In this document: positions 50,191 through 61,150 of the stretch, piece after piece
Position numbering within the stretch: the stretch's first letter is position 1
How the letters are laid out: every line of letters begins with the position of its first letter
Source: Nemertoderma westbladi
Lineage: Eukaryota; Animalia; Xenacoelomorpha
Assembly: GCA_032718475.1 (NCBI GenBank)
Contig: JAUCBJ010002800.1
Location: forward strand, 74,000 to 137,999
Direction: 5' to 3'
Length of the DNA: 64,000 bases
The notes under the pieces: generated by a model
Told to the model about the DNA's origin: nothing
Databases searched by the model: none
Seen by the model: the letters and a program-made list of their open reading frames with translations, nothing else
Position numbers and translations under genes: made by a program

Positions 50191-52291
50191 GTTTAGGATT
50201 ATGATCGGTGTATCCGCCGGTCGAGGTACCTGGTTGATCGATATCAACTTCAGTGGAGCGAGGTCTAACGGCCTTTATGGCGCGTCTTAGGACAGCAGCT
50301 CCTACGGGTCCTTGACGGGTCGTCTGGACAATGGCGGTAGGTGGACCGTGAGTGGTGAGAAACTTCCTCGGTTTAATGGTTCTTTCCAGCTCGCGTTCTC
50401 GGGCTCGATATTCGTAGGGCCGTCGAGATACTTCCTGTAACTCAGGGTGCGAGTTGATAAATAAATCGCCATACTCAGGGTCTTGACGGATGAAATTGAT
50501 CAAATGGTATGAAGTAATATCGTTAGGATTGACGTTCCTAAGATATTTTCGAACAAATTTGGTGGAAATACACTCACCAACACGCTTCATTAGTTCGTAA
50601 CTCGGTGTGCGTGTTTTTTGTTCCACAGACGCGAATAAATAAGGATGGAATGCGTAAACTCCCTCGTAAGAGCGTCCAGGGTAGTAGCGATGGCGGGACT
50701 CACAATGTAAATCCGCGTTCGCTTCCCAAGCTCGGATGTAGCGCAGGGTAATCATCTCATCTACGCTTTCTAAATCGCGGTTAAAGGGGCAATTATGACT
50801 GGCATGTCCTTTAAGTTGACAGTGGTGGCATTGGGTCATAAATTGGGGGCAGACTGCAAAAATATGCGAGTTATTAAGTCTGCAATACGCACAATAGATC
50901 TCCATCATCAGTTGTTCGTGGAAATAGGAGCAGGGTACGTCTGAGTCCATAGGGGTGAAATGGTCTCTCGATGCGCATAATCGACAACGTTTTCGAGAAA
51001 CATAGTTGGTGTGTCGATAATCGTATGCGGTGAGACATTGTGGACCTTGATACCACTCCAAGACGTAATCGTTATCGCTGCTCCGGGGCGCTGTAGGCTG
51101 GATCGCTTCAGATTCTAAGCATATTGGTTCGTCTTCCAATTGCATAGCTGAGGTAGGTGCGGCTGTCTCCGCAAGCGGACCCACTGTCTGAACTTCCACG
51201 ACAGAATAACCTGTGGGTATTCGGGGTCTTTGTATAACAGATGAATGTAAGTTCTGTATACAAACGTCCTGAAAGAGAGCAAATCCCGCGTTGTTTAGCT
51301 TCTCCGCAGCTGAGTCTCTTAGGCTGAGTTTGGTCAGAGCGCGGTCCTTGAACTGACTATCAACGTTACGGAACGGAGTCAGAAAGCGCCTGAAACATTC
51401 GAAGCGGATGAATTTATTGTGTTCATCTAACTTGGCGAGTTTGGTTCCAAGTATTAAGGGATGGGCGCGTATGGTACGACTGCACACATCGGCTAGCCAA
51501 CCGGCAAGTGCTGCGTTTTCAAAGATCGTGTATATAGCTAAGGAGGGACGAAGTGGAACACTCATAAAGCTATACACGGCGCCAGGTGCGGTCAATGGTC
51601 CATCAAAGTATAAACGAGAATAATAATCTCCATATGCTTGTTGGTAATTGATAGGATTTCCAACCTTGAAATTCCATCCGTATTCTTGAAAGGCAAGATG
51701 TCCGATGGAGGTTCGTTGTACTTTAGTAATGCCGCTGGGTGTATTGGCATACATAGTGCGGAAGAAACCTCGGCCTTCTGCCCAGGGAGCAATCAGCTGA
51801 GTATCAACGAAAGGGTATGGAATGTTCTCCATATTCCGAAAGTCGTTTTGTAGGTCTCCATAAACAGCTGAGCCGATTTTAAGGATTCTTTCGTTAAACA
51901 ACATCTCGAGCACGGGCTGGGGTAACATCGATCCATCGATACCCATGGCCGGTTTGCGCTCGTTGTCGGTGACGTAACGCTGCGCGAGTTCGAATTGTCC
52001 ATGTCGGAGTTTCCTTTGTGTCTCAGTAAGAGTTTCAAAAGAATAATCAATCACATCGGAACACGCTCGAGTAAATACGTGGGTAGAACCAGCGAGTCCT
52101 CGTATATGTATCATCCGCGTAGTTCCCAGTTCTCCAACCGGAACGCTACCTTCGTTATCGTAAGTGACAACTCCATACATCTCGATAACGTTAAGAGTTT
52201 CGTTCCACTCTTTAGTGGCGTTTTCGAGGGTCATTCCCACTGGATGCCACAAGGTAGCGCATTCGCTTGCATTAGGTAGATCTCTATACTT
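50191..52291 (-). CDS. Element B extra ORF, exonuclease + zinc-knuckle portion, interrupted at its 3' end by element A
   Basis: VTYDNEG, LPQPVLEMLFNERILKIGSAVYGDL, FVDTQ and YTIFE. Knuckles CAYCRLNNSHIFAVC and CHHCQLKGHASHNC. The ORF-track stop at 50186 lies inside the element A LTR. Confidence 0.75.
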
Positions 52292-54310
52292 TCAATATTG
52301 TGTGGTATATGTTTCCACATCTCCATATCGTTGTATTCTTTCCTCCTCGAATAACACGTCAAGATTCCAGTGTACTAATCGAGTTTTGATGAATCCATCA
52401 AGATTATACGGAGGTATTGTTTCTTTCTCTATTCTGGAAACATTATATGGTTTTCGAAATGAGTTTATTTTAACTAACTGATCCAGATGTTTCTGCAGTT
52501 GTTCGAGCTCGACAAGATCGAGAGGATTTATGAGTGGTAGAAACCTCAGACTATGTGTAGGATCTTCTGGTTTTACCATGTAATATTGTGTTAGATTGAC
52601 GTAATAAGGGTGATCTTTGATCCCATAAAACGAGTCCGGTAAAGGTCTAGCGCGTATGTTTACATCGTGTACCATGCGACGGACAAGATCCGCTCTATTG
52701 TCCGGAGGTTCAACGAGTATACCATCGACACGAGCGGCTTCGATGGGCGGACGTTGCAACATGGGAGCGTCAGCGATAAGATCTCGAGATCTTAGGTTGA
52801 TATCAACCGGTTGGGGTTGTACCGTCGCAAAGAGTTTGTCTCCGAAATTGGGAACCATCGAGGGATGAAGGATGGTTTTAGAGTAGAGATCCGTCATAAG
52901 GATTTGAGCTTCGGGTTGAGCTAAAGCTGCTTCTTCTCTCTCATCTAGTTCTATATGTCTCTCCTCGAGCAGATTTTCCTCCGCTTGTTGTTGTAGACGC
53001 TCATCTAGGAACTCTTGTAAAGAGTAGGTTCGTCCACGTTCGATGTCCTCCTCGAGATTTTGTATTTCTCTATCGAACTGGGGTAAAGCTAATTCCTTCA
53101 CCGCTTGGACTTGTTGTTGCAATTTACGTTTCTCCAAACAATCGTAAGTTCCCTTTCCGATTTTCTGCCGAATAGCGTCTAACGCGTTTCGTATGACGCT
53201 CTCTTCGACTTCCGTAACGGGTTGGATCGAGGTGAAGCCGGGACAGTTGTATGGGTTAAACGGCGATATTAGATGACCGCGTCCCAATCCAGCTAAGTAG
53301 GGTTGGCGAATATCTAGTGAGCCTACTACCGGAGTGCCACCGATCAACTGTTCGGGTAACACTAGATCTTTGAACAGTGAGTACAGTTCGGGAGGATCCG
53401 TGATACTATTAGGATCAAGAGTCTGAGGTCTAACTGAGGGATGAGGAGGTCTGACCGAGTATTCCGGAACTCTGATCATTGGTTTATTCAAGGATCGTTT
53501 GAGCCGAGCGACCGTAGTTGATACGTCGAATAGGTTTCGCTCGAAACTCCCATAAGTATATCGTGTAAAACTGTGTTTAGCGCAACGTCTCCGCGGATGT
53601 TTATGTCTTTCCGTTTGCTGATTGGGTCTAGGGCATTCGTCGCAGTAATACCAAAGACGCACGTCCTGCAGGGGAAACGCGGGTGATCGTTCTCCAGTTT
53701 TACAATATTCCTCCATCTGTTCGAAGCTATCTGGGACGACAGGTAGCGGTCGATCGGCGGTAAGATACATCATAGTGAAATAGAGTCGTTTGAGTTCTAT
53801 CATAGGATCGTGATGTATACCTTGAGGATATCGAGTTTCGAGATTTTGTTGGCTGGCAATATTGAGATATGTCTCTCTCAGGAATTCCAGATAATCGTTG
53901 AAGTCGCTGCGTTTATCCGGCTCTTCAACGTCTTCCCTTTCGAGTCTGTTTCGAATAGAGTTCTCGTGTTCTATTCTCGGTTTATCGTTCCGACTCCGCT
54001 GGGTATGATATTTAAATAAAACCATTTCCCTTTCGGTGTCTACGTCGTCCGTATCGTGTAAATCGATAGGATGGCCAGTAGTTAAGAAGTCCATATACGT
54101 ACCATTACGATGCGTATAGCGAGCGGTGAACTTTCGATAGTCCAATTCACGCGTAAGTTGCTCCTGGGACATTGGCGGTTCGATATAACGACCATCATCC
54201 TCCGTAGTAGTTGGACCAGCGTCGCCGCGTATCAAGCTATCGACAAACGCTTGTAAAGGTAGAGTATATCGCTCCCTGATACCAAGATCATCTTCTATCA
54301 ACTCAGTCAT
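52292..54310 (-). CDS. Element B extra ORF, N-terminal 672-aa portion of unknown function
   Basis: Long open frame, in frame with the downstream exonuclease portion across a single TGA. Contains a CDEC...H...C..H cluster and a coiled-coil-like stretch. Confidence 0.6.
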   Translation of the reverse strand: MTELIEDDLGIRERYTLPLQAFVDSLIRGDAGPTTTEDDGRYIEPPMSQEQLTRELDYRKFTARYTHRNGTYMDFLTTGHPIDLHDTDDVDTEREMVLFKYHTQRSRNDKPRIEHENSIRNRLEREDVEEPDKRSDFNDYLEFLRETYLNIASQQNLETRYPQGIHHDPMIELKRLYFTMMYLTADRPLPVVPDSFEQMEEYCKTGERSPAFPLQDVRLWYYCDECPRPNQQTERHKHPRRRCAKHSFTRYTYGSFERNLFDVSTTVARLKRSLNKPMIRVPEYSVRPPHPSVRPQTLDPNSITDPPELYSLFKDLVLPEQLIGGTPVVGSLDIRQPYLAGLGRGHLISPFNPYNCPGFTSIQPVTEVEESVIRNALDAIRQKIGKGTYDCLEKRKLQQQVQAVKELALPQFDREIQNLEEDIERGRTYSLQEFLDERLQQQAEENLLEERHIELDEREEAALAQPEAQILMTDLYSKTILHPSMVPNFGDKLFATVQPQPVDINLRSRDLIADAPMLQRPPIEAARVDGILVEPPDNRADLVRRMVHDVNIRARPLPDSFYGIKDHPYYVNLTQYYMVKPEDPTHSLRFLPLINPLDLVELEQLQKHLDQLVKINSFRKPYNVSRIEKETIPPYNLDGFIKTRLVHWNLDVLFEEERIQRYGDVETYTTQY

Positions 54311-55130
54311 ATCTGCTATGAGTTTATCAATATTATAATGAGTTTATATATTAGGCTAGCGGGCGTCGCTGCCTACCCCTCTTTTGCCCCCGGACAGTGC
54401 AAGATCCTCAGCGCCGATGTACCATCGTCGCTGTGCTTTCGCCAACGATGTAGCTACACAACGACAATGATAACCGGCACAAGTCACTCCACTGTCCGTC
54501 CCAAAGGCTTAGATGTACTTCAGGTTCTTTCTGGAGAGTTAGGGCTACTTTCACAATTGCGACTAGCTACTGTAAACACACTTTAGCAGTAACATTCACC
54601 TATGAACGCACAAATTCAACACAACTGCCACAAACTGTACACATTCGGGTCATTTGTCCGTTAGTCAGTACCTTCCAGAATGTCACTTTATGTATTATGT
54701 ATCCTTGGATACTAGCAGTGCGCTATTTATTCCCTATGCTATTCAATGGGGCAAGCTTTCTATTGTTCTTTTAACTCACTTCTAATTCTAGCGTGGTTGT
54801 TGCCATGGTGACATTATGGAAAGCTAGCGGTAGAATTAGGGTAATTCTCATGCATACAGATCTGGGATGCTATTTAATAGTAATTCTTTAATGGTCAATA
54901 TCCTCTCTATACATGATTTTATGAATTTTATCGGCTATTGACTATATTGGAGATTCTCGCACACAAATACGCTTAATAGAGTGAATCTCCGCTCCCATGA
55001 TCTATTAATTAATGGAATTTTGGGAATGTTATAAATTGTATAAAAATGACAATTTATTAAATTCATTGAAATATATGAATTTAAATTTATTCCTGTAAAT
55101 TTTATTATTTAATGTTAAATAGACACAATT

Positions 55131-55389
55131 TTATTCCAGAACGTGTCTGGGGACTGGGATCCTTGATTCTAGGAATTTTGTCTTTTTAAGAATATCGGTA
55201 AGTGCTACGATATCTTAATCGACTAGAATTTTAAAGGATCTAAATTTCGACAGATTTTGTAAATATTAATAATTAATATTTAGGATGGGCACCAGTTTAT
55301 TCCAGAACTTGTCTGGGGACGTTAACCACTGATTCTAGAATTTTGTCTTTCAAGTATATCGGTGGGTGCCGCGATATCTTAATCGACTA
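55131..55389. repeat. Diverged ~93-bp direct repeat (two copies ~166 bp apart) in the element B spacer
   Basis: TTATTCCAGAAC.TGTCTGGGGAC...GATATCTTAATCGACTA at ~55131 and ~55297. Confidence 0.8.
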
Positions 55390-55943
55390 TAATTGCAGAT
55401 AGTCAAAGGGTTTAACAGATTTATTTTGCGTTATACGCTACTGTTAAAGGGACATCACGCTACTATATGTATTATTTAATATACGGTATGAGAGCAATAT
55501 CGCATGAAGCAATGTCAGTGAGAAGAGGCAAGTCGTTTCCAAGGTCTACCCAGAGCTTGGTTTAGCCGAGACACGAGGATCTGAATTTTGCATTCCTAAT
55601 ACTCTACTTACCAATAATACTTGAATATAGTAGGAGCTTTATTGTACTTTAATAAGTACGGATATTTCATCTTACTGTAGTTACGTATTTGTAATGTAAT
55701 ACGGACAGTAAGGAAGGAGAAAAAGAATTATTTCTCGCCGTCGCACTAAATATATAATATATAAGTAATTAAGTAATAAACGCGAATATATATTGCACTA
55801 ATCTACTAAATAATCGCTAAAATAACATTCTGCTAAATAAAATTAAAGAAAACGATTATAATAAAATTACATAATAATATATACATAAATATAAAATGAT
55901 AAGAATATAAAATAATCTGGTCACACACCCACTCCATACGCTA

Positions 55944-58900
55944 CTAAGCTGGGGAGTCCCTAGATGTTAGGGAGGTGGTCGTGGGAAGAGTATCTTGTCT
56001 TCCATAGTTTCCGGAGAGTTCTCTGTCTCTTTCCAGTAAACATAAGCGACCAACTGGGCGATTGAGCTGCTGTGTCTCGAAGACAATTCCCGGTTTCTTG
56101 AAGTTACGTCGCATGACGACGAGTTCTACCGATCGCACCAAACCGTCATCCGAGATGTGAGTCTCGATGATACGACCTGTCTGCCACCGCTTACGTGGAA
56201 GATCTGCATCCACAATAAGGACCATGTCTCCAGCGCTGACGTTTTCTTGCTGCGCAAACCACTTAGTTCGAAGTTGTAGCGTGGGCAGATAATGTTTTTC
56301 GAAATGGTCAGCGAAACGACGGGATAACAACTGCATGAGTTGCCAAGTTTGCCGGCAGTATTCGTCTCCGTCTGTGATTTCCGATTGTGGGAGCATGGCT
56401 ACAGGTTTCTTCAGTAGGAAGTGCGCGGGTGTTAGCGCTTCCAGGGAATCGGGACTCGATGAGACTGGCATAAGCGGTCTCTCGTTGAGATAGGCAGCGA
56501 TTTCCTCCATTAACGTCCGCAAAAGTTCGTCGGTGAGATACGCGCGGCACGGCACTATAAAGTGAAATGCGGTCTTCACACTTCTTATTAATCTCTCCCA
56601 ACTTCCTCCCCACCAAGGGGCGTCGGCGGCGTTGAAGGTCCAGCTAGACACTGTTACTCGTAGCTGATCGTCCACCTGTCTTTGGTTCCAATCTTTGACG
56701 TAAGCTTTGATTTCATTGTTGGCACCAATGAAGTTTGTTCCCTTATCAGATCTCATCGTGTTACTAGTTCCAAAGCGAGCGATCTGTCGTCGTAAGCTTA
56801 ATAGGAAGCTGTTGGTAGATAAATCGTTCACCATATCGAGATGGATAGCTCTGCAAGTCATACAAACAAAGATGACGCACCATCTCTTGACTATAGTCCT
56901 AGCACGATATACTTCAATAAGGCCAAATAAATCCACACCGGTATTAGTAAAGGGTGGTTCATAGAAGCTTACTCGTTCCCTAGGTAATTCTGCCTCTCGC
57001 TGTGTTAAAGGCCTACTGAATGCTTCCCTACAGGGTATGCAGTTCCTAAGAACTTGGTTCAGAGCTCTACGGGGTTTATAAAAATAATAGCGAGTTCGAA
57101 TTTCGCTAAGAACTCGTTCTCTACCAGCATGATAAAGTTTGCTGTGAACATCTACAATCATCTTGACTTGTATTTCAAGATTTCTAATGAGTATGGGAAA
57201 CTTAGTGTCAAAGGATAATGGAGCATTTGTTAATCTTCCTCCAACACCTATCAACCCATCTATCATTGTGCTAGAGAAACGATCCCTTAAGCGCATTTGT
57301 GGATTTCTCAACAACAGGAAATACTTATCGGAATCCTCATAGCATTGCAGGAGTCTCAGCATCTGCTTGTTGGTTTCTTCATGCTCCTGATAACTGATCT
57401 TCTCCTTCAGAAACTTGTTGGATATCTTATATTTGGGAAGATCTTTAACAACATGGACCTGCACCGATGTCAGCGGAGCGGTATCACTATTGGTCTTCAT
57501 CCCGGAGTAGTGATGGTGAAAACATCTTTTTAAATATGTAACAGCTTTACAGAGCCGATTCCAGGAACTGTAGTGATGTATCGCTCTCTGCAGGAGAGGT
57601 GAGAGTCCTTGCGAGACGTCTGGTATTCCAGATTTCCAATCCTTCTCACGGATTTCCACTACAGACTTATTTGTGGCTGTGGGTTTCTGATCCAAAGCGT
57701 CGTCTCCGGAAGTATGTAGTACAGACAGATCTACCATAGGTTTAAATAACTTCGATTTACTCGCTCGAGTTTTAGGTTTGACTTTCTCCACTCCCTTGGC
57801 CTGTCTAATCTCTGCTGTAGTAAGATGAGGAGGCCATTCTTTTTCTTCTTTGTAGAGGAAGTCGGGTCCACCTAACCAGTCTGGAGTATCTACCAGTTCT
57901 TGTGGAGTTGCTCCCCTGGAGGTGATGTCTGCTGGATTGATCGTTCCGGGGCAATGTCTCCATTGATCCATCGGCGTGCGACTGAGTATAATAGCTACTC
58001 TGTTAGTAACGAAGACGCTGAACTGACAGACTTCATTGGTTATATACTCCAACACGAGTAAAGCATCAGTCCAATAGACAGTTTTCTCCAGTGGGTAGTC
58101 GATCTGTTCTGTTACATTCCGGCCGATGGCTGTAGCGTATAGAGCCGCTTTTAACTCCGCTCGAGGAACTTTCAACTTGTTGTTTATCAATGCCTTAGAG
58201 GTAACCAAGGCGACTTTGATTCCATCCGGAGTTTCCACTCTTAGGTAGGCTACTATACCTATTCCCATATCGCTGGCGTCTCCAAACACATGGAATTGAT
58301 AGGAATACGTAGGGAGAACATGACCAAAATATGAACGGGAAATTATAAAGTTCTCGATGGCTGGTAGAGAATCTTCCCATTTCATCCACTCCTTTAATAA
58401 TTCTCCCTTAAGTGGATCGTCCCATGAGTGGTTTTCAAGCCACATTTGTTGTACTAAACTCCGAGCAATCAATATAACTGGGCTAATAAATCCCAATGGA
58501 TCGAAATAAGTGCTCAGGATACTTAAACAAATCCGTTTAGTCCGAACTGGATTATCTCGCTGTTTTAGCTGGAAAAACAGGATATCTCTCTCTGTGTCCC
58601 ATTTCAAACCAAGTGTCTTGGTTTCTGGAAGATCATCTTTGATTAGATCCAGGTCTTTCGCTCCTCGATCTTCTACCGGGATCGACTCCAGAAACTCACG
58701 GGAGTTGCTGGTGAATTTAGTTAATCGAAATCCACCTCTTTTTAAGCACTCTACCGTTCCTTTATGGATATCAATGGCTTCATCGACTGATGGAAGGGAC
58801 TTTAGATTGTCGTCCATGTATATATCCCGTTTGATGTTGTCAATCACCTCTTTAGAGAAGGCTTCTCGGTTGTCATCCGCAGTGGTGCGCACCACTGAAC

Positions 58901-59385
58901 AGGCGTTTGAAGGGCTTGAGATTATCCCAAAGGCCTGGATGGTCATCCAGTACTCCACCGGTTTCTGGTTGAGGTCTCCTTCAGGCCACCACAGAAATCG
59001 TAGGCTATCTCGATCCCTATCCAGCGCCTTGACTTGTAAGAACATGCCTTCTATATCTGAGGCGAAAGCGATTGAATATTGTCTTAATCTTAAGAGTATT
59101 CCCAACAAGGATTGGAGTAAGTTGGGTCCGGGTAACAATTCGGAATTAAGTGATTGGCCCATATAGAGGGCGGAGCCGTCAAACACCACTCGTACTTCGT
59201 GGGGTTTACCGGGTTTGGGAACGTAATGGTGAGTTAAATAATACGTTCTGTCAGTTATAGGTGTTTCTTCCGGCACTCGCTCCGCATATCCCTTGCTAAT
59301 AAATTTCCTCAACTGCGTTTGATACATTTCTTTAGCTGAAGAATTTGCCGTAAGGCGTCGATGTAGTTGAGCAATTTGTTGCCGT
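55944..59385 (-). CDS. BEL/Pao pol of element B: RT, RNase H and integrase (protease and gag absent)
   Basis: YYLTHHYV, RVVFDGS, SLNSELLPGP, DIEGMFLQV, LRFLW, YMDD, FDPLG, FGDAS, PRAEL, WTDA, NPADITSRG, GVDLFG, SDKGTNF and GGSWERL. The frame is open from ~59385. Confidence 0.96.
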
Positions 59386-59693
59386 TATTCCTACACCAGG
59401 GGGGAAAAACGCTGATGCTGGAGACGTGACTTAACAGACCACCGAGCCCCGGCCAGTCACCGGATATTGATTGTGGGGAGGGAATATTTTCTAAGATGCA
59501 AGTTTGCGGTTGAGAAAAGCTGCATTAGTTGGATATACTCTTTAATGTAACTGAACTCTGTTGAACCTTGTTCAACAATATTGAACCTTGATTAAGAATA
59601 ATTTTGGGCTTCCCCAAATCAATATACACCAAATATTCACAATAAGTATACACGATAATATAAATCCCTACGGTATATTATTTAATAACCCGC

Positions 59694-60984
59694 TGTTCGC
59701 TCAGAATTTTAGCCTACCTAATGTTCCCCAGATTTTCCCTCGGTCCTAGTCCTAGTGCCGTAGTGTCGGTGTCGGTCGACCCTGTCGTGTGTCCGTTCCA
59801 CCCCACACGAACCCCGAAGGGAACGATCATCGAGAACCAGCACGGCTTGGCTAAGGGTCGGTCCAGTCGGTAGACTCTGTCGCGTATCCGTACCACCCCT
59901 CTCGAACCCCGAAGGGTTCGGTCATCGAGAACCAGTACGGCTTGGCTAGGAGTCTGTCGTGTCGGTGGACCCGTTCGCGTGTCCGTTCCACCCCTCACGA
60001 ACCCCGAAGGGTTCGATCATCGAGAACCAGAACGGCTTGGCTAGGGGTCCGTCAGTTCATCACAGAAACCCAACCACCTAGGCTTTCCGAGTCCGTTTCA
60101 GGCTCGTAGTCGCTTCGGCAGCCGAGAAACTGCTCCGAACAGTCGGTAGGCCAGTAGAGTCTAGTCGAGTCTAGTCCTTTGTCTTTCGACCCCATCGCGT
60201 GTCCGTTCCACCCCTCACGAACCCCGAAGGGAACGATCATCGAGAACCAGAACGGCTTGGCTAAGGGGTCTGTCGTCGGTTCCCGTCGCAAATCCCAGTC
60301 AAGCAGTCAGCGTTCCGAGTTCTTTTCAGGCTCGTAGTAGCTGCCGTTGACCCGAGACCGCTAAGGGCAGTCCTTGTCAAACCAGTCCTGTGGCCAGCCC
60401 TTTCGCATGTCCGTCCCACCCCTCACGAACCCCGAAGGGATCGGTCATCGAGAACCAGTACGGCTTAGGTCAGGGGGCAGTCGTTAGTTGGCCACCTGTT
60501 CGCGTGTCCGCTCCACCCCTCACGAACCCCGGGGTTCGATCATCGAGAACCAGAACGGCTTGGCTACTAAGGGGCCGTCGGTGCCCGTCGCAAATCCCTG
60601 ACACAAGCAGTCAGCGTTCCGAGTTCTTTTCAGTCTCGTAGTAGCTGCCGTTGGCCAGGGACCGCTAAGGGCAGTCCTTGTCCTTTAGGCCTGGCGCATT
60701 ACCAAATCCACCCCTACAGGCAGCAGGAAGTTGGCCAGGGCCTAATAGTACTCAGGCTAACCTGAATACTGCTTGCATTTTCCATCCCTCCCTGGCCCTT
60801 ATAACTATGAAATTATTCCCGTACCCTGTAAGTTGCCCCAAAGTTCGCCCATAAATCGCCCCCAGTTTATTGAATGTGCCCAAAACCCATGGTCCCGCAC
60901 CCAGTAGTAATATCGGAATAATCAATTTTAAATAAATACAAAAATATTCAACTCGCGTTATGGAAAGTTGAAATACCGCGAACA
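59694..60984 (-). repeat. 3' LTR of element C, with internal ~95-bp repeats
   Basis: 7-bp inverted termini TGTTCGC...GCGAACA, preceded on the minus strand by PPT GGGGGGGAC (60985-60993). Six copies of a GTCCG..CACCCCTCACGAACCCCGAAGGG..CGATCATCGAGAACCAG unit. Confidence 0.8.
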
Positions 60985-61150
60985 GTCCCCCCCAATGACC
61001 TTCGTGAAGTCTGTCGGTCGATTGAGTTTGCGTAGGTCATTCCCAATATAAAAAATCCCAAATTTAATATTGCATAGTTTTTAATTAATTTGGCCTAGAG
61101 TTTGTATAAAAATAAATGTTCGATAAATGTTCCTGGAATATCCCAATCCA

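Larger units (their letters stand above)
37646..59385 (-). mobile_element. BEL/Pao element B (pol + exonuclease/zinc-knuckle ORF), lacking its 5' part here and interrupted by element A
   Basis: pol 55944-59327 is followed by a 1.6-kb spacer and the extra ORF 54310-50191, which continues at 39054-38916. The left boundary is tentative. Confidence 0.75.

Noticed and set aside
59386-59693. Continuation of element B pol/gag, or a further LTR
   Set aside because: The frame closes at ~59386 and I see no motifs or repeat partner; left unannotated.
59780-60570. Hammerhead ribozymes in the LTR repeats
   Set aside because: The minus strand has CTCGATGA before a hairpin, but not the CUGANGA core or the following GAAA.
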